A stretch of 64,000 bases of DNA from Candidatus Iainarchaeum sp. (GTDB lineage Archaea; Micrarchaeota; Micrarchaeia; Anstonellales; Bilamarchaeaceae). Where the stretch lies: NCBI GenBank assembly GCA_028686985.1, contig JAQUBA010000001.1, positions 81,194 through 145,193 on the forward strand, read 5' to 3'. Below, piece after piece: positions 1-9,406 of this stretch (positions are counted from its first letter, which is position 1; each line of letters starts with the position of its first letter). The translations under genes were made by a program, and so were the position numbers. The notes beneath the pieces were generated by a model. It searched no databases, had not been told where the DNA came from, and was given only the letters and a program-made list of their open reading frames with translations.

Positions 1-809
1 TAGTCCACCTCTCTGCACAGCCGCATTGAATAGTATTGCCGCACCTGCCCCTCCAGGTATTTGTAGAAGAGCCTGAACGGGCTGATGGTCCGCAGCCTGT
101 CAATCCTTGGCATCGCATAATAGTTTTTCCAGTACGATGCGAGCCTCCCCAGCTTGTACATTATGTTCCCTGGGGAATAATCGGTGTACCTCCTGACGTC
201 CTTCGCGATGTTCGCATTCTCCGCGGTTTTCCTCGCGTTGTAGCGCTCCCTGAGCATGCTGTATATCTCGCCCTTCTCCTTCTCGGTCATCTTCTTCCAG
301 TAAATCGGGCCGCAGTTCTCGTCGCACAGCATCAGCGCCCCGCCCACCCGGCCCCCGTAGATGTAGATGACCTTCACGCCCATGTCCCTCGCCACCTGCA
401 CGCTAACGATTTCGGGGAACGTGCTCTCGTAAGTGGTGACGAACACCCGCGTCTTGTTCTCGGAGAAGAACCTCTTCCAGTAGAGGAAATACTGCGTAAT
501 CGCCGCATAGTGCTCCAGCATCTTCGCGCGGTTCCGCTCGTTCCTCCTGTCCCAGTTGTACCAATACCTGAGCAGGAGCGTGAACGGGATGCCCAGCGAG
601 CGCTCCGCCGCGGTCATCTCCTTCCTCGTCGGCTTCCTTGAGAAGACCGGGTTGGAGTGGATGTGCTCCTCCCTCGCGTTCGCAAGCCCCAGGGGCTTCA
701 GGAAACGCTTCACGACTACGATTTCGTTAGCCGGGCCCATCTTGCCGATTATCTTCGCCTTGTAGTCCTCCAGGTCAAAGCTGGTCCCGATATAGAACGC
801 GATGTTCAT
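1..809 (-). CDS. Capsule_synth (KpsS/LpsZ-like) family protein, paralogue B; 3' end lies outside the window
   Basis: Not in the ORF track because it has no in-window stop. The reverse strand from ATG 809..807 reads MNIAFYIGTSFDLEDYKAKIIGKMGPANEIVVVKRF...VKVIYIYGGRVGGALMLCDENCGPIYWKKMTEKEKGEIY and stays open to nt 3. ATGA start/stop overlap with the upstream gene. Shares the block CD-x4-PI(F/Y)WKK with 806..2203. Confidence 0.7.
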   Translation of the reverse strand, partial: MNIAFYIGTSFDLEDYKAKIIGKMGPANEIVVVKRFLKPLGLANAREEHIHSNPVFSRKPTRKEMTAAERSLGIPFTLLLRYWYNWDRRNERNRAKMLEHYAAITQYFLYWKRFFSENKTRVFVTTYESTFPEIVSVQVARDMGVKVIYIYGGRVGGALMLCDENCGPIYWKKMTEKEKGEIYSMLRERYNARKTAENANIAKDVRRYTDYSPGNIMYKLGRLASYWKNYYAMPRIDRLRTISPFRLFYKYLEGQVRQYYSMRLCREVD

Positions 810-2203
810 CCCTTCCTTCCCCCCGCCTTCATGGATTCGTATGCCTCCACGAAGTGCCCAACTATTGTTTTTATGTCGTCGTCCCGGTATATCTCCGCGG
901 TGGAGAACACGGAGCTGTCTATCTGGAAGGAGTGGGCGCGCACGTTGGCCACGAACCTCTCCACAACCGCCCGGGGCGCCTGCCTCTTTGCCGCATCAAA
1001 TATCTCGGTCACGTGCCTCACCCGCGGAATCACGTCCGGCGGGTAATCCTTGCCGAAGGCGACCACGGGCATTCCCGCGAGGAGGGCCTCCATGCCCACC
1101 GCGGAATTTATTATGACGGTCAGTTTGGCTTCCCTCACCAGCCGCTTCGTGTCCGCCTTGTAGGTCAGCATCCTTATCTTCGGGTTCATCGCCATCCGCT
1201 TCATCACGCCCACGGGCACGTCGCACGCCTTCCAGTGGGGATGCGGCTTCACGTACAGGTAGGTGTCATGCGGCAGCAGTTTCGCTATCTTCTCTATTAT
1301 CTCAAACTGGCTGTCTATGGCGAACTTCGCGGTGAAGGCCGCATCGTCCGTGAAATGCAGGGGGAAGAAGACGAATTTCTCGCCCTTCGGGATGCTCTTC
1401 AGCATGTACCTCCCGTAAAGGCTGGACCTTGTGAAATACTTCATCTGCCTGACCACAAGTTCCTCGGTGGAATTCCACAGCTTCCTGTCCGGGGCAGGTA
1501 TCTTCACGTGGTAGTAGTAGAAGTTCTTGGGCACCGCAAGCAGGAGCTGCAGCAGCGTCCTCACCTTGGTCAGGTCAAAGGTGTTCGTGGCTATCTTTGA
1601 CACGTGGGCGTTGATTATCTTCTCGCCCAGTATCTCCCGCTTCGCCTCCGCATACTGCGCCGCCACCTCCTCCTTGCCCAGCTTCTTCCAGAATATCGGG
1701 GCATAATCCCCGTCGCATATGAAGAATGCGTTCGTGAAGCGGCTCGGGTGCAGCATGAGCACGGGGATTCCCCTCTTTTTCGCGACCTCCAGCCCCACTA
1801 TGCCCGACGTCTCGTCAATCAGCCCCGCCAGATAAGCGTCTATCTTCCGCGTGGTGAAGAACTTGTCCCACGCCAGGGCGCAGTTCGCGAGGAATTTGTC
1901 GTCCGGGAGGTTCCTCATGTCCGGGTAGCGCATGAAGGCGGTCTTTGCCATTAGGCGCATCAGCGAAAACGGCGTATTGACCAGCTTCTCGGCCCCAGTT
2001 ATCTCCGCCTCGGTCAGGTCCCTGAAATGGTCGTAAAGGTAGAACTTGCCTGCCCCCGCCATGTCCGGGTCGTCAAGCCCGGCGTACTTGTACCTGAAGA
2101 GCACATGCAGCTTCCAGTCCTTCGGCAACAGTTTCGGTAGCCGGAGAAGGTAGTTCCCTTTCTCCTCCCTGAACGTGCTGTAATACATCGAGCAGTTTAC
2201 CAT
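806..2203 (-). CDS. Capsule polysaccharide biosynthesis (Capsule_synth, KpsS/LpsZ-like) family protein, paralogue A
   Basis: 465-aa ORF. Blocks FFPLHFTDDAAF, VKPHPHW and INSAVGMEALLAGMPVV resemble KpsS-type transferases (recognised from memory). Confidence 0.65.
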   Translation of the reverse strand: MVNCSMYYSTFREEKGNYLLRLPKLLPKDWKLHVLFRYKYAGLDDPDMAGAGKFYLYDHFRDLTEAEITGAEKLVNTPFSLMRLMAKTAFMRYPDMRNLPDDKFLANCALAWDKFFTTRKIDAYLAGLIDETSGIVGLEVAKKRGIPVLMLHPSRFTNAFFICDGDYAPIFWKKLGKEEVAAQYAEAKREILGEKIINAHVSKIATNTFDLTKVRTLLQLLLAVPKNFYYYHVKIPAPDRKLWNSTEELVVRQMKYFTRSSLYGRYMLKSIPKGEKFVFFPLHFTDDAAFTAKFAIDSQFEIIEKIAKLLPHDTYLYVKPHPHWKACDVPVGVMKRMAMNPKIRMLTYKADTKRLVREAKLTVIINSAVGMEALLAGMPVVAFGKDYPPDVIPRVRHVTEIFDAAKRQAPRAVVERFVANVRAHSFQIDSSVFSTAEIYRDDDIKTIVGHFVEAYESMKAGGRKG

Positions 2204-2324
2204 GCGATACCCCGATTATGTATCATAATCCGCCGTGAATCTTAATAAACGCTAGCCCCGGCGTCCAATCCGCATCATTCCCTCCCGAAATTGATTTAAA
2301 TGGTTCCATGGCTAAATCCTATAG

Positions 2325-3362
2325 GTGGCCCAGCAGAAGGCATCATTCGTGGTTATCATGGCAGAAGAGCAGAAAACGCGCAAGGATTCATCCTTCTTCC
2401 TCAGCGACATTCAGTGCATACCGAACGGCGACAGGGACCTCCCGCCTGAATACCACGCTTACAGGAAGAAATGGAACGAGGTGAACGAGAAGCTCATAGT
2501 CACGGACTACCCCATGCACATGGACGTGGAGCTGAACATGACCTGCAACTACGCCTGCGTCATGTGCCCCAGGACCGCGATGAACATCAAGAACGAGGGC
2601 CAGGTCATGGAGCCGGAGCTTTACAAGAAGATAATAGACGAGGGGAAGCGGGAGGGCCTCCTCTCCGTGGATTTCGGGGATTTGGGCGAGGCGCTCCTCA
2701 GGCCCGACCTTGTTGAACTGATAAGATATGCGACAGATGCCGGCATACCGGACCGCATCCTGCACACAAACGCCTCACTCCTCACGGAGGAGATGTCCCA
2801 GCGCCTCCTTGACGCGGGCATAACCAAGTTCACAGTTTCGCTGGACGCGTTCTCAAAGGAGAGCTACGATAAGATACGCATAGGCGGGGATTACGACAAG
2901 GTCGTTGCCAACGTGCTGAAGTTCCTGGAATTGAAGAAGAAGCGGGGGCTCAGCTACCCGATTGTGAGATTGAGCTTCATCCGCATGAGCCTTAACGAGC
3001 ATGAGGTGGAACCCTTCGTCAACTTTTGGAAGGACAAGGTGAACCACATAGCCATCCAGGAATACATAAACCCCGGAAAGCTCCAGGACAACTCCCTCAA
3101 ATCCAGTTCAAGCGAATTCAAGGAGAAGCCGAAGAAATTCGTGTGCACGCAGCTCTTCCAGCGCCTCGTGATACGCTGGGACGGGACGATAATGCCCTGC
3201 TGCGTGGATTACGAGAACGCCCTGGCGCTCGGGAACGCCCACACGATGACGCTCAAGGAGGCTTGGCGCTCAAAGAAGCTGCAGGCGCTGAGGGACATCC
3301 ACCTCGCCGGAAAATTCGAGACCATACCCGCGTGCAAGCTCTGCATAGAGAGCAAGCTCTGA
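2325..3362 (+). CDS. Radical SAM enzyme with C-terminal SPASM-like Cys cluster
   Basis: CNYACVMCP is a CxxxCxxC motif. C-terminal cysteines: CTQLF...MPCCVDYE...IPACKLCIE. GTG start about 25 nt downstream of TTTAAAT (2294..2300). Confidence 0.8.
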   Translation: MAQQKASFVVIMAEEQKTRKDSSFFLSDIQCIPNGDRDLPPEYHAYRKKWNEVNEKLIVTDYPMHMDVELNMTCNYACVMCPRTAMNIKNEGQVMEPELYKKIIDEGKREGLLSVDFGDLGEALLRPDLVELIRYATDAGIPDRILHTNASLLTEEMSQRLLDAGITKFTVSLDAFSKESYDKIRIGGDYDKVVANVLKFLELKKKRGLSYPIVRLSFIRMSLNEHEVEPFVNFWKDKVNHIAIQEYINPGKLQDNSLKSSSSEFKEKPKKFVCTQLFQRLVIRWDGTIMPCCVDYENALALGNAHTMTLKEAWRSKKLQALRDIHLAGKFETIPACKLCIESKL

Positions 3363-3371
3363 CCTTAATCA

Positions 3372-4256
3372 TCATTCGTACCTATCGTCTTCCTCTTTCC
3401 TTCCCTTCATATCCTCTACTGCCCCCTCCACGGTCCGCATCCTTATCCCCAGTTTCGTTATCTTGTCTATCCTGAAGCCCGCCTTCATCGGCCTCGGCGC
3501 AGCGGACTTGAATTCCGAAGTCGGCTTCCCCACAATTAATTTCTCATCAAACCCGAACCCCTTCGCAAACTTCTGCGCCAGCTCCACCCTGTTCATGGAC
3601 TGCGGGCCCACCACGTTGAACGTCCCCTTCTGCCCCTTCCCAAGGAGCGCCATCGCTGCCTCCACTATATCTTTTACATAAGTTGGCGTTGCATACTGGT
3701 CGTTGGGGACCTCTATGGGCTTCCCTTTGCCGAGCGTGTCAAAAATCCTGTACAGGAAATTCTTCCCCTGTTTCTCCCAGCCGAATATGCCTGTCGTCCT
3801 GAGTATGATGTAATCCAGCCCCGAGTGCTCCAGCATCCGCTCGCACTCCAGCTTTATCCTCCCATACACGTTCAGCGGGTTGGGCTCCGCGTCCTCGGAA
3901 TACGGCCCGCCCTTCCCGTCAAAAAGGTAATCCGTGGAAAAGAAGACAATCCTCCTCCCCCCATGCCTCTTCATCGCATTTATAACGTTCTGGAGCAGCT
4001 CCACGTTGTTCTTCCTCGCGAGCTCCGGCTCCCTCTCGCACTTGTCCACCCACGCCATCGCAGCTGGAAGGATGACAGTGTCCGGCTTCAATTCCGAAAA
4101 GAGCTTCTCCACCTGCCCAGCGTCGCTCGCGTCCAATTGCAGAAAATTATCCACCTTCACCGAGCGGTAGGTGAAAAACCAATCCTTCTTTCCCTTGTTC
4201 TGCCGGTAGAACTCGTACCCTACCAGCCCGGATGCGCCTATGACCAGCGTAGGCAA
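3372..4256 (-). CDS. rmlD: dTDP-4-dehydrorhamnose reductase-like (RmlD family)
   Basis: VIGASGLVGYEF Rossmann motif, FFSTDYLFDG, YGRIKLECE (YxxxK); about 290 aa, typical RmlD length. Confidence 0.7.
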   Translation of the reverse strand: MPTLVIGASGLVGYEFYRQNKGKKDWFFTYRSVKVDNFLQLDASDAGQVEKLFSELKPDTVILPAAMAWVDKCEREPELARKNNVELLQNVINAMKRHGGRRIVFFSTDYLFDGKGGPYSEDAEPNPLNVYGRIKLECERMLEHSGLDYIILRTTGIFGWEKQGKNFLYRIFDTLGKGKPIEVPNDQYATPTYVKDIVEAAMALLGKGQKGTFNVVGPQSMNRVELAQKFAKGFGFDEKLIVGKPTSEFKSAAPRPMKAGFRIDKITKLGIRMRTVEGAVEDMKGRKEEDDRYE

Positions 4257-4260
4257 GCCC

Positions 4261-4710
4261 TCACCTGTATTTTATGCCCCAGTCGTATGGGATGTCCTTG
4301 CTGAAGGCGTCCTTCCTCATTATCTCGTCCGGGTCGTGGGGCATGTCCGGGCAGTTCGCCAGCATCGCCTCCTTGGTCCCGATTGCCTTGTACCCGTTCC
4401 ACACCATGGGCGGTATCTTCACGAGGCAGTAGTTGTCCTCCCCGATGAATAGCTCCATGAGCTGGCCCTTCGTCTTTGAGCCCCCCCTATCGTCGTAAAG
4501 GACCAGCTTTATCATCCCGCTTATCACCGCATAGTTCTGCGTCATCCTCTTGTGGATGTGCCAGCCCTTTATGACGCCCGGATACGCGGTGGAGAAATAG
4601 ACCTCCCCGAACTCCGTGAAATACGGCGAGTCCGAGCGCATCATATGCATTATCCTGCCCCTCTCGTCGCATATCTTTTTCAGCGGTATCACTTCCACCC
4701 CGTCTATCAT
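4261..4710 (-). CDS. RmlC-like cupin (dTDP-4-dehydrorhamnose 3,5-epimerase-related sugar epimerase/isomerase)
   Basis: 149 aa; DERGRIMHMM...GEVYFSTAYPGVIKGWHIHK block typical of short RmlC/WxcM-like cupins. 4-nt gap to the RmlD-like gene. Confidence 0.65.
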   Translation of the reverse strand: MIDGVEVIPLKKICDERGRIMHMMRSDSPYFTEFGEVYFSTAYPGVIKGWHIHKRMTQNYAVISGMIKLVLYDDRGGSKTKGQLMELFIGEDNYCLVKIPPMVWNGYKAIGTKEAMLANCPDMPHDPDEIMRKDAFSKDIPYDWGIKYR

Positions 4711-4846
4711 TCAAATCAGCCCGAATAAATCTACCTGCAAGAGTTTAAAACCATGGCGCAGCCCACCTCGGAAGGAATTTAAAAAGAAGTATGGATATCT
4801 AACGAGGGAGTGGCTCATTACGCTGCCCTGGATTTGGGGGTTTTTG

Positions 4847-5752
4847 ATGAAGATACTGGTAACCGGCGCTAGCGGCCTTCTGGGGGCCAACATCGCCTAT
4901 ATGGCGGCCCAGCGCGGGGCGGACGTGCTTGCCGCCTACAACGAGCACCCCGTTTCCATAAGGGGCTGCCGCATGCAGCGCCTTGACATCCTTTCGCAGG
5001 ATTTTTCAGCCATCAGGCAGTTCAGGCCCGACTGCGTGGTGCACTGCGCCGCGTTCACGAACGTGGACGGGTGCGAGGCGGACCCGGGGAAGGCGCGCCT
5101 CCTCAACGTGGAGGCCACCTCTAGGCTGCTGAAGGCATGCGAAGGGCTCGGCAACAGGTTCATCTTCATGTCAACGGATTCGGTTTTCGGAGGCGACAAG
5201 CCCTTCCACAGCGAGGGCGAGCCAGTCCGCCCCCTCAATGCGTATTCCAGGACCAAAGTGGAGGCTGAGAGGCTAGTCGCGGGCTTCCCGAACCATGCGG
5301 TGGTGAGGACCAACTTCTACGGCTTCAACATCCAGGAAAAGCTGAGCTTCTCGGAATGGCTGCACTCAAGATTCCTGGATGGGGAGAAGATAAATGCCTT
5401 CACCGACTTCTTCTTTTCGCCAATACTCGCGAACAACCTCTCGGATGCGATACTTGAGCTGGCCGCAGGCAGCTTCACCGGCACCATGCACGTGGCCGGG
5501 GACGGAAGGATTTCCAAGTATGAGTTCGCCCTTCTCTTTGCGGAGAAGTTCGGGTTCGACAAGTCCCTGGTGCTGCCCAAAAAGATGGCCGAGGTGGAGG
5601 CGCTCAAGGCAAGGCGCCCCAGCGACTGCTCCCTTGACATCTCAAAGGCGAAAAGCCTGCTCAGGACAAGGATTTTGAATATAGATTCCGGAATAGAAAA
5701 ATACAAGGAGCTCTATGATTCAGGCTACCAGAAGGGCCTGAGGGGTGGATGA
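4847..5752 (+). CDS. NAD(P)-dependent sugar reductase/epimerase, RmlD substrate-binding family (second paralogue)
   Basis: Internal ATG chosen (MKILVTGASGLLGANI); STDSVFGG and YSRTKVEAE (YxxxK). The track ORF start at 4616 would overlap the divergent gene. Confidence 0.7.
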   Translation: MKILVTGASGLLGANIAYMAAQRGADVLAAYNEHPVSIRGCRMQRLDILSQDFSAIRQFRPDCVVHCAAFTNVDGCEADPGKARLLNVEATSRLLKACEGLGNRFIFMSTDSVFGGDKPFHSEGEPVRPLNAYSRTKVEAERLVAGFPNHAVVRTNFYGFNIQEKLSFSEWLHSRFLDGEKINAFTDFFFSPILANNLSDAILELAAGSFTGTMHVAGDGRISKYEFALLFAEKFGFDKSLVLPKKMAEVEALKARRPSDCSLDISKAKSLLRTRILNIDSGIEKYKELYDSGYQKGLRGG

Positions 5753-6801
5753 TTATGAAACCGATAGCAATCGCCGGCCGCACCATCGGCCCGGGCCACC
5801 CGGCGTTCATCATTGCGGAGGTCGGCTCCAACTTCGACGGGAGCCTTGAAAAGGCGAAAAAGCTCGTGGACCTCGCGAAGGAATGCGGCGCGGACGCGAT
5901 AAAGTTCCAGACGTTCGCCGCAGGCAAGATAATCAACAAGGCGTCCTTTGAGAAGGGCTCGGAGGCAGAATTCCAGAAGAAATGGAAGAAATCCGTCTGG
6001 CAGATATACAAGGACGCGGAGTTCCCGCGGGAGTGGCACGCCAAGATAATGGACTACTGCAGAAAGAAGGGGATAATCTTCCTCTCCTCCCCATACGATA
6101 GGGAGGCGGTGGACCTCATGGAGAAGATAGGCGCCCCTGCCTACAAGATAGGCTCCGGGGACATCACCTTCCTCCAGCTCGTGGAGTACATAGCCAAGAA
6201 GGGCAAGCCCATCCTCCTGGGCACCGGCGCCTCCACGATGGAGGAGATAAAGGATGCGGTCGGCGTGATAAAGAAGCACAACGACCAGCTTGTCCTCCTG
6301 CAATGCGTCACCGACTACCCGTCCACCTTCGCGGATGCGAACGTGAGGGCGATGGAAACGCTCCAGAAGGCATTTGATGTACCGGTCGGCTATTCCGACC
6401 ACACGCCGGGCAGCGTGGTCCCGGTGCTCAGCGTCGCCTTCGGATGCTGCGTGATTGAGAAGCACTTCACGGACGACAAGTCCCTCCCCGGGCCGGACCA
6501 TCCCTTCGCCCTTGACCCCGCGGAGCTGAAGCAGCTCGTGCGCGACGTGAGGGACGCGGAAGCCGCGCTCGGCTCCCCGGTGAAGGAGGTGTATCCCGGC
6601 GAGCAGAAGACCAGGATGGTGCAGAGGCGCAGCCTCTTCGCAAAAAAGGACATCCCCTGCGGCACCGCAATCACCGAGGAAATGGTGGACATCCTCAGGC
6701 CGTTTGAGGGCATACCCCCAAAGGACCTGGGCAAGGTCGTGGGCAGGAAGGCCCGCGCCGACATAAAGGCAGGCGAAGCGATAACATGGGAAAAAACATA
6801 G
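5749..6801 (+). CDS. NeuB-family nonulosonic acid synthase, paralogue 1 (sialic/legionaminic/pseudaminic acid synthase type)
   Basis: AFIIAEVGSNFDGSLEKAKKLVDLAKECGADAIKFQTF, GYSDHT, C-terminal SAF-like domain. Start overlaps the previous stop. Confidence 0.85.
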   Translation: MIMKPIAIAGRTIGPGHPAFIIAEVGSNFDGSLEKAKKLVDLAKECGADAIKFQTFAAGKIINKASFEKGSEAEFQKKWKKSVWQIYKDAEFPREWHAKIMDYCRKKGIIFLSSPYDREAVDLMEKIGAPAYKIGSGDITFLQLVEYIAKKGKPILLGTGASTMEEIKDAVGVIKKHNDQLVLLQCVTDYPSTFADANVRAMETLQKAFDVPVGYSDHTPGSVVPVLSVAFGCCVIEKHFTDDKSLPGPDHPFALDPAELKQLVRDVRDAEAALGSPVKEVYPGEQKTRMVQRRSLFAKKDIPCGTAITEEMVDILRPFEGIPPKDLGKVVGRKARADIKAGEAITWEKT

Positions 6802-7463
6802 TCGTCATACCCGCGCACAACGAGGAGAAGACGATCGCCTCGGTCGTTCGGGATGCGAAAAAATACTGCGACGTCCTTGTCGTTGATGACTTCTCCACCG
6901 ACCGGACCGGCGAGCTTGCCTCAGCGGGCGGAGCGGCGGTGCTGAAGAACGACCTGAACATAGGCTACACCGCCTCCCTCAACATCGGCGTGGCAGAGGC
7001 GGCCAGGCGCGCGGACAACGTGATAATAATGGATGCGGACGGCCAGCACGACCCCGCACAAATCCCTGAGATGATATCGCTCCTCAACAACGGAACGGAT
7101 TTCGTGCTCGGGGTGAGGCACAGGAAGGCCCGCCTCGCGGAGAGGTTGTTCGGGCTGCTGGCCAGGTGGAGGGTCGGGGTCAGCGACCCGCTCTGCGGCT
7201 TCAGGGGCTTCAGTTCCATGGTATTCCAGAAGGTCGGGTTTTATGACAACATAGGCAGCATAGGCACGCAGTTCGTCTTCGCGGCGAAGAAGAACGGCTT
7301 CAAGATAACGGAGATAGACGTAAGCATAAGGGAGCGAAAGGATGCGCCGAGGCTTTTCGGCGGCAGGGCGATAAGGTCCGAACTGATGATGCTCAAGGCA
7401 TTCGCGAAGCTTTTCGCTTATGACATTTTCGGAATCAGGCTGGTGAACCCGAAATGGAAGTGA
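6786..7463 (+). CDS. Glycosyltransferase family 2
   Basis: VVIPAHNEEKTI...VVDDFSTDRT...MDADGQHDP (DxD-type GT-A signature). Confidence 0.8.
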   Translation: MGKNIVVIPAHNEEKTIASVVRDAKKYCDVLVVDDFSTDRTGELASAGGAAVLKNDLNIGYTASLNIGVAEAARRADNVIIMDADGQHDPAQIPEMISLLNNGTDFVLGVRHRKARLAERLFGLLARWRVGVSDPLCGFRGFSSMVFQKVGFYDNIGSIGTQFVFAAKKNGFKITEIDVSIRERKDAPRLFGGRAIRSELMMLKAFAKLFAYDIFGIRLVNPKWK

Positions 7464-8191
7464 GCGCAATAATCCAGGCCCGCATCAGCTCAAGGCGGCT
7501 GCCCAACAAGATATTCGCATTGATTAGCGGGAAGCCGCTCATCTGGCACGTGGTGGACAGGCTCAGGCGGAGCAGGAAGGTAAGCAGGATTGCCGTCGCC
7601 ACCACCACCAACCCAGCGGACGACGTGCTTGAGGAATGGTGCCGCGAGAACAAAATAGAGGTGTTCCGCGGGAGCGAGGAGGACGTGCTCTCCCGCTATT
7701 TCCACGCGGCGAAGGCGATGGGGGCGGAAACAATCGTCCGCGTCACCGCCGACGACCCCTTCAAGGACCCGGCCATACTGGATGAAGTGGTGGAACTCTT
7801 CCAGAAGAACAAGCTGGATTTCGCCTACAACAACAAGCCCCCGACGTTCCCGGAGGGCCTGGACGTGGAGGTCTTCTCCATGGCCGCGCTGGAGAAGGCG
7901 CAGGCCGAATCCCGGGACCAGTACGAGCGCGAGCACGTCACCCAGTACTTCTACCGCCACCCGGAAAAATTCAGGCAGATGAACCTCGCGAACAGGGAGG
8001 ACCTCTCCCGCCTGAGGTGGACCATAGACACGGAGGAGGACCTCGGGATGGCGAGGGCGGTGTACAAGGAGCTTTACATGGAGGGGGGAGTATTCCTCAC
8101 CGCCGACATACTGCGGCTTATAAAAGAACATCCGGAAATAGCATTGATGAACTCCGGCGTGAAAAGGAGCGCGATGTACGAAAGGAAGTGA
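7454..8191 (+). CDS. Cytidylyltransferase family protein (SpsF/FlmC / CMP-nonulosonate synthetase-like)
   Basis: AIIQARISSRRLPNKIF..GKPLI, RVTADDPF, REHVTQYFY; SpsF-type acylneuraminate cytidylyltransferase-family pattern. Confidence 0.7.
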   Translation: MEVSAIIQARISSRRLPNKIFALISGKPLIWHVVDRLRRSRKVSRIAVATTTNPADDVLEEWCRENKIEVFRGSEEDVLSRYFHAAKAMGAETIVRVTADDPFKDPAILDEVVELFQKNKLDFAYNNKPPTFPEGLDVEVFSMAALEKAQAESRDQYEREHVTQYFYRHPEKFRQMNLANREDLSRLRWTIDTEEDLGMARAVYKELYMEGGVFLTADILRLIKEHPEIALMNSGVKRSAMYERK

Positions 8192-8197
8192 TGCGCA

Positions 8198-9385
8198 ATG
8201 GAAAGGATTTCGGATCTTGAAAGGAAGTACGTCCTGGAGGCGCTCTCCAATGGCTTCAGGACCTCGCTCAACAGCGTCTTCAACAGCAGGCTTGAGCAGA
8301 AGTTCGCCCAGGCGTTCAGGTCCAAGTACGCAATAGGGCATGTGAACGGCACCGCGACCATGCACACCGCGCTGGTCGCACTCGGCGTGAAGCCCGGCGA
8401 CGAGGTCATCGTTCCCCCCCTCACCATGTCCAGCACCTCGCTCTGCGTCCTCCAGAACGGCTCAATCCCCGTGTTCGCAGATGTAGACCGCGATACATTC
8501 ACGATAAGCCCGGACTCCATAAGGAAATGCATCACCAAGAAGACGAGGGCAATCATCACCGTCTCCCTCTACGGGCTTTCCCCGGACTATGACGAGATAG
8601 TGAAAATCTGCAAGGAGCACAACCTCTTCCTCATAGAGGACAACGCCGAATGCTTCCTTGGGGAATACAAGGGGAAGCTGGCCGGGGAGTTCGGAGATTT
8701 TTCCAGCTACAGCTTCCAGGCGAGCAAGCACATGACCTGCGGCGAGGGCGGGATGCTCACCACGAACAGCGAGGAGCTCGCGGACAGGGCGAGGAAGTTC
8801 AGCAGCCTCGGCTATGCCGGCGTGAGCGCAAATAAGGGCAAGATAACAAAGAACGACATCCAGGATCCCAGGTATTCCAGGCACGTAACGCTCGGCTTCA
8901 ACTACCGCATGTCCGAGGTCGCGGCCGCGGTCGCGCTCGGGCAGCTTGAGAGGCTTGGCGAGCTGGTCGGGCAGAGGGTAAAGGTTGCGAAGATGTTCGC
9001 GGACGCGGTGGAAGGCTCCGAGGGCGTGCTGCTGCCGCAGGCAGAGCCCGCAGGCTACAAGAATTCCTTCTGGGCGTACAGCGCGGTGCTGCAGACCGAA
9101 AGGCCGGAAACCGACTGGTACAAGTTCAGGGAAATCTTCCAGAAGAACGGCGGGGACGGATACTACTCGGCGTGGAAGCTCACTTACCAGGAGCCCCTCT
9201 TCTCCGGAACCATCCAGAAGCAGGAGGGAATATGGCAGAAATATTTGCCCGGCCTCTGCCCGGTTGCGGAATACCTCCAGCTGAGGATGCTGCAGTTCAA
9301 GACAAACTACTGGGAGCTGGAGGAAGCCGGGAAACAGGCGGAGATACTCCGGAAATCCATAAAGGAGTTCAGGGCAGGGAAATGA
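8198..9385 (+). CDS. DegT/DnrJ/EryC1/StrS-family PLP-dependent sugar aminotransferase
   Basis: GTATMHTALVALG, SFQASKHMTCGEGGML (PLP lysine motif). Confidence 0.85.
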   Translation: MERISDLERKYVLEALSNGFRTSLNSVFNSRLEQKFAQAFRSKYAIGHVNGTATMHTALVALGVKPGDEVIVPPLTMSSTSLCVLQNGSIPVFADVDRDTFTISPDSIRKCITKKTRAIITVSLYGLSPDYDEIVKICKEHNLFLIEDNAECFLGEYKGKLAGEFGDFSSYSFQASKHMTCGEGGMLTTNSEELADRARKFSSLGYAGVSANKGKITKNDIQDPRYSRHVTLGFNYRMSEVAAAVALGQLERLGELVGQRVKVAKMFADAVEGSEGVLLPQAEPAGYKNSFWAYSAVLQTERPETDWYKFREIFQKNGGDGYYSAWKLTYQEPLFSGTIQKQEGIWQKYLPGLCPVAEYLQLRMLQFKTNYWELEEAGKQAEILRKSIKEFRAGK

Positions 9386-9406
9386 GGTGTTGATACGGAC
9401 TTTCTC

